A DNA stretch of 32,000 nucleotides from Saccharolobus solfataricus. GTDB taxonomy: Archaea; Thermoproteota; Thermoprotei_A; Sulfolobales; Sulfolobaceae. Below the pieces are notes generated by a model. The model made no database searches, was not told where the DNA came from, and saw only the letters and a program-made list of their open reading frames with translations. The stretch spans positions 2,340,001 to 2,372,000 of the forward strand of contig NZ_LT549890.1 of NCBI RefSeq assembly GCF_900079115.1. The letters run 5' to 3'. Positions 15,636-24,800 of this stretch are shown in pieces. The translations under genes and the position numbers were made by a program. Within the stretch, counting starts at the first letter, position 1. Each line of letters opens with the position of its first letter.

Positions 15636-17036
15636 ATGAGTAGTAAATTAGATGAATACCTAGCTAGGATAGATAGACTACCAACTTGGGGGCTATCATA
15701 TGCAGTACTATGGGCACTAGGAATAGGTTATTTTGCCACCTTATATGACGCAGTATCGAATTTAGGTTACGCTTTGCCATTCATCCCTTTCATAAACGCA
15801 ACTCAAGCTTCAATTATCGTATCTGTGGGATTAGCAGGTTACATAGCTGGTTCGATAGGTTTTGGTGTTGCTTCAGATAGGATTGGTAGGAGACCAATAC
15901 TGATTACCACTTTTGCGCTTTTAGGAATTGGTAGTTTGGGTATGGGTTTAGCTACTAACTATTTCATGTTGTTTATTTTTAGATTGCTAGAAGGTATAGG
16001 TATTGGAGCGGCTCTCAATTTAGCTATGGTCTATGTCGCAGAGTTTTCACCCAGTATGAAAAGAGGAAAATACGCAAATTGGATTTTCATCTCGGGGTGG
16101 ACTGCGGTGGGAGTTGGTACGGTCGCCGCAGCGTTCATCGTTACTATTAACCCTACAGTAGGCTGGAGAATAATTTTCCTTTTGCCTGCAGTTTTATCCC
16201 TTATGACTACCGTCGTTTTAACTATTTTATCTCCAGAAAGTGTTAGAATATTGGTAAAGAAAGGAAAAGTACAAGAGGTCGAGAAGATTGTGAATAAGAT
16301 GGAGGAGATAAGTATGAGGAGGGCTAGAATGGAATCACTTCCACAGCCTAAGATAATTCATTACGAAGAGACTCCATCCTCTAGCCAATTGAAAATACTA
16401 AGAGAGTCGAAATATCTTAAGCGTCTAATTTCGCTCACGGTCTTCTGGTTTTTCATCTACTTCATACAATACACATCTACAGGACTTGGTCCTACGTTCG
16501 TAAAAGTAGTGATTGGGTTTTCTACAGCTCAATATGCAGAATACATTAGATTGTCAGGATTCGCAGCTATAGGAGCCACCATAGTTTCATTTATTTTATT
16601 AAGCGTAGTTGAAAAGACAGATAGAAGGTTGCTGACCCAAATTGGAGGAATAGGGTTCCTAGTTAGCTCTTTTGTGTCCACATATTTATTGCTTAACAAG
16701 GAACTGATAGTCTGGTTTATAGCCTATTTTCTTCTTGAATTCGTTGTTAACCCGCCATACTTAGCTGGGTATTTAATGAGTAGTGAAGCCTTCCCTACTG
16801 CAGCTAGATCAACAGCCTTTGCCATAACTGATGGTATAGGGCATTTAGGTGGAGTCATTGGGCCTCTACTTTTATTTCCTTTAATAAGGATAATAGGTCC
16901 GTTACCAGCATGGGTAGTTTTAGGCCTTCCAGTTCCATTTGCCGCAGCATTGTTATGGTTTACCATTCCGAAAACAGTAAAGGTTAGACTTGAGGAGGTT
17001 AATGAAGCATATAGAGAGGGTACTGCGCAAACATAG
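15636..17036 (+). CDS. MFS transporter (aromatic-acid/carboxylate:H+ symporter-like), paralog of 4512-5933
   Basis: Same architecture as the paralog (MSSKLDEYLARIDRLPTWGLSYA..., DRIGRR, PESVRILVKKGKVQEVE loop). The track start at 15570 would translate the conserved promoter block, so I prefer Met23 (ATG 15636). Confidence 0.85.
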   Translation: MSSKLDEYLARIDRLPTWGLSYAVLWALGIGYFATLYDAVSNLGYALPFIPFINATQASIIVSVGLAGYIAGSIGFGVASDRIGRRPILITTFALLGIGSLGMGLATNYFMLFIFRLLEGIGIGAALNLAMVYVAEFSPSMKRGKYANWIFISGWTAVGVGTVAAAFIVTINPTVGWRIIFLLPAVLSLMTTVVLTILSPESVRILVKKGKVQEVEKIVNKMEEISMRRARMESLPQPKIIHYEETPSSSQLKILRESKYLKRLISLTVFWFFIYFIQYTSTGLGPTFVKVVIGFSTAQYAEYIRLSGFAAIGATIVSFILLSVVEKTDRRLLTQIGGIGFLVSSFVSTYLLLNKELIVWFIAYFLLEFVVNPPYLAGYLMSSEAFPTAARSTAFAITDGIGHLGGVIGPLLLFPLIRIIGPLPAWVVLGLPVPFAAALLWFTIPKTVKVRLEEVNEAYREGTAQT

Positions 17037-17158
17037 CTAAATCCCTCCTCAAATTCAGTTAATTAAGACTTTAGAGAACTAATAGTGAAAGTTTCGTAAG
17101 ATTAAATAGTAAAGTATATAGTGAGTCAAAAATATAATGTAAATTAGGTGGAAAAATT

Positions 17159-18082
17159 CCCCTAGATCCAGAGGTAAGAAAGTTTTTAGATTATTTCTAT
17201 AAGGCTAACATTTTAGATTTCACCAAATATTCATTACAAGAAGTTAGAGAAAAACTAAACAAACTCTTAGCAGAAGCTACACCAAAGGACTCTGTATATA
17301 AAATTGAGGATAGGAAGATTAAAGGGTTGGAAACTGAAATACCTATAAGAATATATTATCCAGATAATAAACGAGATCATCCTATAATTCTTCATTTTCA
17401 TGGTGGCGCATGGATTTTAGGCAGTATCGAGACTGAGGATAGTGTTTCTAGAATATTGGCTAATTCTTGTAACTGTATAGTGATTTCAGTTAATTATAGA
17501 CTAGCACCAGAACATAAGTTCCCTGCGGCCGTAACGGACTGCTTTGACTCTATTAAATGGACATATGAGAACGCTGAAAGTATAGGTGGTCATCCGAATC
17601 GAATCGCAGTTTTCGGAATTAGCGCTGGAGGTAACTTAGCTGCAGCTACGTCTATTCTTTCCAGAGATCAAGGGATAAAATTAAGGGCTCAAGCACTTGT
17701 GGTTCCCTTCGTATATCTAGACTTAGCCTCTACATCAATGACTGAATATAGAAAAGGCTATTTCTTGGACATTAACGTACCCATAGATTACGGAATAATG
17801 ATGTACATAAGAGACGAGAAGGATCTTCTTAATCCCATGTTCGTTCCTTTAATTGCAGAAGATCTCTCCAACTTACCACAAGCCATTATTGTCACAGCCG
17901 AATATGATCCCTTAAGAGACCAAGGGGAGGCTTATGCAAAGAGACTAATGGAGGCTGGGGTTTTAACCTTAAGTTTTAGAGTTAACGGTATGGTTCACGG
18001 CTTTTTAGGTTCTCCTAATATTAGTAGGCTAGTTAGTGTAATGGTAGGTTCTGCGCTAAAGGACATCTTAATGAGGGGTTAA
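17159..18082 (+). CDS. Carboxylesterase, hormone-sensitive-lipase (HSL) family; N-terminal cap region present in frame but without a canonical in-frame start codon (probably SSO2517)
   Basis: HGGAW is the oxyanion motif, GISAGG the nucleophile elbow, and DPLRD and HGF are present. The track ORF starts at TTG 17327, but the frame is open from 17138. From 17159 it encodes PLDPEVRKFL..., homologous to the MPLDPQVKELL N-terminus of the paralog at 21076-22011. Confidence 0.85.
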   Translation, partial: PLDPEVRKFLDYFYKANILDFTKYSLQEVREKLNKLLAEATPKDSVYKIEDRKIKGLETEIPIRIYYPDNKRDHPIILHFHGGAWILGSIETEDSVSRILANSCNCIVISVNYRLAPEHKFPAAVTDCFDSIKWTYENAESIGGHPNRIAVFGISAGGNLAAATSILSRDQGIKLRAQALVVPFVYLDLASTSMTEYRKGYFLDINVPIDYGIMMYIRDEKDLLNPMFVPLIAEDLSNLPQAIIVTAEYDPLRDQGEAYAKRLMEAGVLTLSFRVNGMVHGFLGSPNISRLVSVMVGSALKDILMRG

Positions 18083-18087
18083 CACTC

Positions 18088-19149
18088 ATGTATGAAGAAT
18101 GGAAAATCGTCAAAAGGGAAGCACCAATCTTGGGTAATGATCAGCTTATAGAGAACATATGGAAAATGAAGAGAGAAGATTCACCATATGATATTATATC
18201 TCTTCATAAGGTTAATTTAATAGGTGGAGGTAATGATGCTGTCCTTATCCTTCCCGGTACATGGTCCAGCGGGGAACAATTGGTAACCATAAGTTGGAAT
18301 GGTGTGCACTATACAATACCAGACTATAGAAAATCTATCGTACTTTACCTAGCAAGAAACGGATTTAACGTTTATACAATTGACTATAGAACTCACTATG
18401 TTCCCCCATTTCTTAAGGATAGGCAACTTTCCTTTACGGCTAATTGGGGATGGAGTACATGGATTAGTGATATTAAAGAGGTTGTTAGTTTTATCAAACG
18501 GGATTCCGGACAAGAAAGAATATACTTAGCGGGGGAGAGCTTTGGAGGCATTGCGGCTCTAAACTACTCCTCGCTATATTGGAAGAATGATATTAAGGGG
18601 CTAATCCTGTTAGATGGTGGTCCTACTAAACACGGGATTAGACCAAAGTTTTATACTCCAGAAGTGAACAGTATTGAAGAAATGGAGGCTAAAGGTATCT
18701 ACGTTATACCTAGCAGAGGCGGTCCAAATAATCCTATATGGTCCTATGCATTAGCTAATCCAGATATGCCAAGTCCAGACCCAAAATATAAGAGTATTAG
18801 CGATTTCTTAATGGATAGCTTATATGTAACCGGCTCAGCGAATCCATATGATTATCCCTACTCTAAAAAGGAAGACATGTTCCCAATTTTAGCTTCCTTT
18901 GATCCGTACTGGCCATATAGGTTAAGTTTAGAAAGAGATCTAAAATTTGATTACGAAGGGATACTTGTACCCACTATAGCATTTGTTAGTGAAAGGTTCG
19001 GTATTCAGATCTTTGATAGTAAGATATTACCTTCAAATAGCGAGATTATCTTATTGAAGGGATATGGGCATTTAGATGTGTATACTGGAGAAAACAGTGA
19101 AAAAGATGTTAATTCAGTAGTGTTAAAGTGGTTGTCGCAACAACGTTAG
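18088..19149 (+). CDS. Alpha/beta-fold hydrolase (lipase/esterase-like)
   Basis: AGESFGG is the GxSxG elbow and GYGHLDV the catalytic-His context. It lies 5 nt downstream of the esterase gene, so the two are probably co-transcribed. Confidence 0.8.
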   Translation: MYEEWKIVKREAPILGNDQLIENIWKMKREDSPYDIISLHKVNLIGGGNDAVLILPGTWSSGEQLVTISWNGVHYTIPDYRKSIVLYLARNGFNVYTIDYRTHYVPPFLKDRQLSFTANWGWSTWISDIKEVVSFIKRDSGQERIYLAGESFGGIAALNYSSLYWKNDIKGLILLDGGPTKHGIRPKFYTPEVNSIEEMEAKGIYVIPSRGGPNNPIWSYALANPDMPSPDPKYKSISDFLMDSLYVTGSANPYDYPYSKKEDMFPILASFDPYWPYRLSLERDLKFDYEGILVPTIAFVSERFGIQIFDSKILPSNSEIILLKGYGHLDVYTGENSEKDVNSVVLKWLSQQR

Positions 19150-19156
19150 AAACAAT

Positions 19157-20083
19157 CTATTTTTTCCCACCACCTTTCTTTTCTCTATATCTAATCATCT
19201 CTAAAAGTACTTTATCAATATTTTCTAACTTCGATGCTGGGGGATTTCCCTTTAACTCACTGTAAGCCCTAACTAAATTTCCAACAATCCTCTCCTTACT
19301 TATCCACTCATCGTATTTGCCTAAATTTATCTCATAGGCAGCTCTAATAGGGTCACTGATTGTCCTCATTATTTTTCTAGCCTCATCCCTAACAAATATT
19401 AAGTAGTCCCTCGATTCATATAAAGCATTTCTACCATAACTTACCTCACCATGACCCGGTATAAAGATTTCAGCATCTAAATTTGCCAGATTCTCTAGAG
19501 CATTTATATATCCTTGAATGTAGCCCATTAACGCAAATGGAGTACAAGGTGGAGAAAAAAGGAGATCTCCAGTAAATACGACTTTTTGGTCAGGAATATA
19601 TACGTAGATGTCGCTAGTTGTATGTGCATAACCGACGTATGCTATTTTAATTTCCTCATCGTTATCAATAAATATTCTCATTTCATCTTTAATTACCACT
19701 TCTTGGGGCGTATATTGATAGCCGGAAAAATCTATTGCATTAAATAAATTTTCATATGGATTAATCCTTCGTTTTGCACCCTCCACTACTTTCTCCCTGC
19801 AGTTCTTATGGCAAATAGTTATTGCATTAGGGAATAAGTGATTAGTCCATAGGTGATCTTCATGTTCATGGGTATTTATCAAATACTTTATTGGTTTGTC
19901 AGTTATTTTCTTAATCTCGGAAATAAACTGCCTAGCCATTTTCTCGTTAGTTAACGAATCTACTACTACTGCGTAATTTTTACCTATTATTACACCGGCA
20001 TTACTTAAGAACCAGTCACCATTAGGTTGAATGAAGGCATATACATTATCACTAATTCTTTCGAACTTATATTGAACTTCCAT
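19157..20083 (-). CDS. MBL-fold metallo-hydrolase
   Basis: NTHEHEDHLW is the HxHxDH motif. YAHTTSD and PGHG follow. Confidence 0.85.
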   Translation of the reverse strand: MEVQYKFERISDNVYAFIQPNGDWFLSNAGVIIGKNYAVVVDSLTNEKMARQFISEIKKITDKPIKYLINTHEHEDHLWTNHLFPNAITICHKNCREKVVEGAKRRINPYENLFNAIDFSGYQYTPQEVVIKDEMRIFIDNDEEIKIAYVGYAHTTSDIYVYIPDQKVVFTGDLLFSPPCTPFALMGYIQGYINALENLANLDAEIFIPGHGEVSYGRNALYESRDYLIFVRDEARKIMRTISDPIRAAYEINLGKYDEWISKERIVGNLVRAYSELKGNPPASKLENIDKVLLEMIRYREKKGGGKK

Positions 20084-20125
20084 AATAACATATATTACCT
20101 ATTGATTAAATAGTTTATAGAGATC

Positions 20126-21082
20126 ATGAAACTAATAAGTTTCATTAGGGATAATAGGATAAGAAGTGGTGTTTTAGTTAATGACGAGTTTATAGCAGAT
20201 CTAAACACCTCTTGCTACCTAATGCTAATTGAGAAAGGGGAAGAAGAACAATTTGCCGAGAGGTATTGTAATGCAATAGTACCTCCAGATATGCTAGGGG
20301 TACTTCAAGCTGGAGATAAGGGATTTGAAGTGGTTAAAGAAATTCTGGAATGGTCTAAGAAGAGAAATGATATCCTTTATAATATTAATCAAGTTAAGTT
20401 AAAGGCACCCTTAGTAAGGGCTAATATGTTGAGAGATTTCCTAGCATTTAGGGGACATGTTGAGGCAACTTATAAGAGGAGAGGACAACCTATACCCGAA
20501 GAATGGTTTAGGATTCCCATTTATTATAAGGGAGATCCGGCGATATTTTATGGACATTTAGAGGAAGTACCTTGGCCAAAGTATTCTAAGCTCGTCGACA
20601 TAGAGCTAGAAATAGCTGCTATAATATATAAGAGAGGTAAGGACATTGATAAGATAAGAGCGAGGGATTACATATTAGGTTTCACTATCTTTAATGATTT
20701 TAGTGCGAGGGATATACAAATGGCTGAGATGAAAGGTTTACTAGGCCCAGCAAAGGGTAAAGATTTCGCAAATGGATTGGGACCTTGGATAGTAACAAAG
20801 GACGAGTTATCGGATATTAAGGGGTTAAGAGTCTACGCTAAGGTTAATAATGAAATCTGGTGTGATACTAAGGCAGAGGATATGCAATGGAGTTTTGAGG
20901 ATATGATAGCGTATGTCTCTCAAGACGAGTACATTAGACCGGGCGATGTTTTCGGTAGTGGTACTGTAAGTGGATGTACTGGGTTAGATATAGGCAAATC
21001 GTTAAAGCCAAATAGTAGTATAGAATTATATGTGGAGAAGATAGGGATTCTGAAAAATATTATAGTAAAAAATCATCAATAG
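20126..21082 (+). CDS. Fumarylacetoacetate hydrolase (FAH) family protein
   Basis: Typical FAH C-terminal domain blocks: GFTIFNDFSARDIQ, GPWIVTKDEL and GDVFGSGTVSG. Confidence 0.85.
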   Translation: MKLISFIRDNRIRSGVLVNDEFIADLNTSCYLMLIEKGEEEQFAERYCNAIVPPDMLGVLQAGDKGFEVVKEILEWSKKRNDILYNINQVKLKAPLVRANMLRDFLAFRGHVEATYKRRGQPIPEEWFRIPIYYKGDPAIFYGHLEEVPWPKYSKLVDIELEIAAIIYKRGKDIDKIRARDYILGFTIFNDFSARDIQMAEMKGLLGPAKGKDFANGLGPWIVTKDELSDIKGLRVYAKVNNEIWCDTKAEDMQWSFEDMIAYVSQDEYIRPGDVFGSGTVSGCTGLDIGKSLKPNSSIELYVEKIGILKNIIVKNHQ

Positions 21083-22011
21083 AAAACGTTAAACATTTTT
21101 CTAATTGATGATGCAATATGATGTATTGCTTCTTTTCCCGTATCTAAATACTCATAAAAACTCACGAAGCCGTGGATCATGCCGTTATATCTCAAGCTTA
21201 TTGTCTTCACTCCACTTACCTTCAGTTTATGAGCGTACATTTCACCTTGATCTCTTAGGGGATCATATTCGGCGGTAATTATTAACGCGGGAGGAAGGTT
21301 ATGTGATTCAGCCAATATTGGAGAGGCTAAGGGGTTGTAATAATCACTGTCTTCTTTAACATACTGCTTGTTGTACCATAAAATTCTCTCATAGGTTAGG
21401 AAGTAGCCATCCCCGTAATTATACATTGAGGGAGAGGAGTCTAACATGTTAACTACTGGGTATATCATTATTTGGTATTTCACAACGTTTTCTCCATTAT
21501 CTCTATCAAGGATACTAACTACCGTGGATAAATTTCCCCCCGCACTATCTCCAGCAACTGCAATTTTTGACGTATCTATGGATAGCTTTCCTCCATTATT
21601 AGCTAACCACTTAACCACATCGTATGCGTCATAAACTTGTGTGGGGAATTTGTGTTCTGGAGCTAACCTATAATCCACTGAAACTATTATTGTATTTGAC
21701 AACTTTGATATTAATCTACACACGCTATCATGAGTATCTAAATTTCCGTAAACGAAACCTCCTCCATGATAATACACTACAGCGGGAAGGTTTTCCCTTT
21801 GGTTTGGAAAATAGACCCTAACTTTTATATCACCATTCCTAACTGGGATAGTCATATCACGAATATTATATAGCCCAACCTTTTCGTTATTAAACATCTT
21901 TATAAAGAGCTCATTTCTAACCTTTCTGAACTCTTGAGGTGTTAAAGGAGTTGTAGGTAATAGCAAATTTATTTTAGTTAAGAGCTCCTTAACTTGTGGA
22001 TCTAGTGGCAT
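21076..22011 (-). CDS. Carboxylesterase, HSL family (full length)
   Basis: MPLDPQV N-terminus, HGGGF oxyanion motif, GDSAGG nucleophile elbow, DPLRD and HGF. Its 3' end overlaps the FAH gene by 7 nt in convergent orientation. Confidence 0.9.
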   Translation of the reverse strand: MPLDPQVKELLTKINLLLPTTPLTPQEFRKVRNELFIKMFNNEKVGLYNIRDMTIPVRNGDIKVRVYFPNQRENLPAVVYYHGGGFVYGNLDTHDSVCRLISKLSNTIIVSVDYRLAPEHKFPTQVYDAYDVVKWLANNGGKLSIDTSKIAVAGDSAGGNLSTVVSILDRDNGENVVKYQIMIYPVVNMLDSSPSMYNYGDGYFLTYERILWYNKQYVKEDSDYYNPLASPILAESHNLPPALIITAEYDPLRDQGEMYAHKLKVSGVKTISLRYNGMIHGFVSFYEYLDTGKEAIHHIASSIRKMFNVFY

Positions 22012-22045
22012 ATTATAATAAAAGTGTTAAGTTAAAAATAAATAT

Positions 22046-22990
22046 TTAGCTGAAGAACTTTTTCGGATTTTCCTTAAATATTGTAGCTATAACCTCTTCA
22101 TTCACTCCATTTCTCTTTAAGAACGGTATCGTATCCTCAAATATTAGAGTTATACTCCATCTTGGAGCAAGCTTAGGTTTATATTCTGGTTTTGCAGTTC
22201 CCCAGTCGATTGTGCAACAATAATCGTGAGAGATCATTATCTTATCTGAATAACCATCTTTGATTAGTCTTAAGGTCGTTTCATTTCTCTTATCAACAGG
22301 TAGGAATAAATCTAAACCATATCTATCTAATCCAATAAAGGATCCCTTATCTGCTATCTTCTTTATGTAATCTATATTATCTGTATCACCTAAATGACCT
22401 ATTAATATTTTCCCTGGATCAACACCTTCTTCAGTCAATATTCTTTGCTGTTCTAATCCGGTGTTATTGTGAGCGTTAGAGTGGGTAATTATTGGTACTT
22501 TAGTCTCTTTGTTTGCTATGGCAGCAGCCCTTATTACCTTCTCCACATCCTTTGTGATCCCAGGTTCATCTGCAGCTATCTTTACGAAGCCAGCTTTATT
22601 GAGAGTACCTTGTATTCCCTCTTTTATATCATGAATAAACAAGTCAGCTATCTCATCAATTGACCTATTTAAGAAATAGAAAGGTAAGTCGATATATATG
22701 TAAATCCCCGTCCCCGCAACTAAATTTATCCCGGTAGCCTTAACCACTTTTTCCATAAATCTGATGTCCCTACCCAATCCCATTACAGTGGGATCTACTA
22801 TAGTCTTTACTCCAAATTGCATTGCCCTTTTAACCTCATTTACAGCGTTTCTGAACTCCTCATCTTCGTTATATAGATGGGGCCATTGTTGTCTGACCGC
22901 TTCGCTAAAAACTCTTAAATGTTCATGAATTAGCGTAAATCCTATGTCCTTAGATTCTATTGAATCTTTCCCAACTAATGGTATTCTCAT
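22046..22990 (-). CDS. php: Phosphotriesterase-like lactonase SsoPox
   Basis: The 314-aa sequence (MRIPLVGKDSIESKDIGFTLIHEHL...VKIAADEPG...ITHSNAHNN...GHLGD...ISHDYCC) is recognised as the characterised S. solfataricus SsoPox. The HxH, carboxylated-Lys (VKIA), His, His and Asp metal ligands are all present. Confidence 0.97.
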   Translation of the reverse strand: MRIPLVGKDSIESKDIGFTLIHEHLRVFSEAVRQQWPHLYNEDEEFRNAVNEVKRAMQFGVKTIVDPTVMGLGRDIRFMEKVVKATGINLVAGTGIYIYIDLPFYFLNRSIDEIADLFIHDIKEGIQGTLNKAGFVKIAADEPGITKDVEKVIRAAAIANKETKVPIITHSNAHNNTGLEQQRILTEEGVDPGKILIGHLGDTDNIDYIKKIADKGSFIGLDRYGLDLFLPVDKRNETTLRLIKDGYSDKIMISHDYCCTIDWGTAKPEYKPKLAPRWSITLIFEDTIPFLKRNGVNEEVIATIFKENPKKFFS

Positions 22991-23068
22991 ATACTAGTCT
23001 ATTTTATCCATAGTAGATAAGCTTTTCTGTGAATAAAGGTTTATTAGTGCATATATCTAAATTTTCCT

Positions 23069-24748
23069 ATGAATCAAAGTATATTATATGATAGACCCTG
23101 GTTTAAATACTGGCCACCTAGATTACCAAAGACCTTAGATTACCCAAAAGTTCCCCTATTCAATATTGTTGAGGTCTCTTCACAGAGATATCCTAATAAA
23201 ACTGCCATAATATATTATGGTAATAGAATAACGTATAAGGAGTTATGGGAAAGTATAATCAAGTTTTCAGCATTTCTAAGTAATAAGCTTGGAGTAAGAA
23301 AAGGAGATAGAATAGCATTATTTATGCCGAATTCGATACAGTGGATCATAGCCTATTTTGGAATCCTAAGGGCTAATGCAATATTGGTTCCAATAAATCC
23401 ATTATTAGCAGAAGATGAGCTCAACTACATCCTTAAGGACTCTGGATCGGTTGGAGTGGTGACCTTATCCTCATATCTTAGCAAGGTAATGAAAGCCAAA
23501 GAGAATACTCAAGTTAAATGGGTTATTGCGGGTAGGTTTAAGGACTATCTTCCAGATAACCCAGAAATAAAGGTTCATCCACTGATGCTTAGGGAACCAG
23601 AGTTAAGTAATGACGTAATCCCTTGGAAGGAAACTTTAAGAAACAATTATACCCCTCCATCAGTTGAAGTAGATGCAGAAGATATTGCAGTGATTCCATA
23701 CACTTCAGGTACAACGGGAGTTCCAAAGGGTTGTATTCACACCCATTCAACCATATGGCCTACGATTTTAGGTTCAGTTATCTGGAACACATTGGCACCT
23801 TCCGCAGTAGTCCTAACGTCCTTACCCGTATTTCATGTGACTGGTTTTATTCATAGCTTGAACGCTCCATTATATGTTGGGAGTACAATGGTTTTACTGT
23901 CTATTTGGGATAGGGAGGCAGCCTTAGATGCGATAGCGAAGTACAGAGTTACCCATTGGACTAACATATCCACAATGGTCGTAGACTTGTTAGCGACACC
24001 AGGCATAGAAAAGAGAGATCTGAGTTCCCTAATGTTAGTAGGAGGAGGAGGTGCTCCAATGCCTGAGGCTGTTGCTAGAAAGTTAAAGGAGTTAACTGGA
24101 TTAGATTATATAGAGGGTTATGGATTAACCGAAACTATGTCTCAAACTCACGTTAATCCTCCACAGAGGCCTAAGTTACAGTGTCTAGGGATTCCACATT
24201 TTGGAGTTGACGCTTTAATAATAGATCCATCAACTGGCGAAGTGCTTCCACCTAATAGAGAGGGGGAAATAGTAGTTAGATGTCCCAGTTTATTTAAGGG
24301 TTATTGGAATAAGGAGGAGGAAACTAGGAAGTCGTTTATAACTATAAATGGTTTAGAGTATTTCAGAACTGGAGATCTCGGATATATGGACGATGAGGGG
24401 TATTTCTTTATCCTTGATAGGGTAAAGAGAATGATAAATAGGGCAGGTTACAAGGTATGGCCGACCAAAGTAGAAAATAAGTTATACCAGCATCCGGCAG
24501 TTTTAGAAGCGTGCGTAGTTGCAACACCAGATCCAAGGGTCAATGAGGAAGTTAAGGCATATATAGTACTAAAGCCAGAATATAAGGGAAAAATAACTGC
24601 TGATGAAATAAGGGAGTGGTGTAAACAACATATGAGTGCTTATGAATACCCCAGAATTATAGAATTCGTTGATTCATTGCCGAAAAGTGGATCTGGGAAA
24701 ATATTATGGAGAGTGCTTCAAGAGAAAGAAAAAGGAGCTAATAAGTAA
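23069..24748 (+). CDS. Acyl-CoA synthetase / AMP-dependent ligase
   Basis: YTSGTTGVPKG, GYGLTE, TGDLGYMDDEGY and PKSGSGKILWR. Confidence 0.9.
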   Translation: MNQSILYDRPWFKYWPPRLPKTLDYPKVPLFNIVEVSSQRYPNKTAIIYYGNRITYKELWESIIKFSAFLSNKLGVRKGDRIALFMPNSIQWIIAYFGILRANAILVPINPLLAEDELNYILKDSGSVGVVTLSSYLSKVMKAKENTQVKWVIAGRFKDYLPDNPEIKVHPLMLREPELSNDVIPWKETLRNNYTPPSVEVDAEDIAVIPYTSGTTGVPKGCIHTHSTIWPTILGSVIWNTLAPSAVVLTSLPVFHVTGFIHSLNAPLYVGSTMVLLSIWDREAALDAIAKYRVTHWTNISTMVVDLLATPGIEKRDLSSLMLVGGGGAPMPEAVARKLKELTGLDYIEGYGLTETMSQTHVNPPQRPKLQCLGIPHFGVDALIIDPSTGEVLPPNREGEIVVRCPSLFKGYWNKEEETRKSFITINGLEYFRTGDLGYMDDEGYFFILDRVKRMINRAGYKVWPTKVENKLYQHPAVLEACVVATPDPRVNEEVKAYIVLKPEYKGKITADEIREWCKQHMSAYEYPRIIEFVDSLPKSGSGKILWRVLQEKEKGANK

Positions 24749-24800
24749 ATGAATAAAATATTATCATTTTGTTTCTTTATTGGTATCAATACTAACTATA

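Noticed and set aside
20099-20113. Palindrome CTATTGATTAAATAG in the 42-bp divergent MBL/FAH promoter
   Set aside because: It is short and AT-rich and overlaps the positions where two back-to-back TATA boxes must lie. It is not separable from basal promoter elements by eye.
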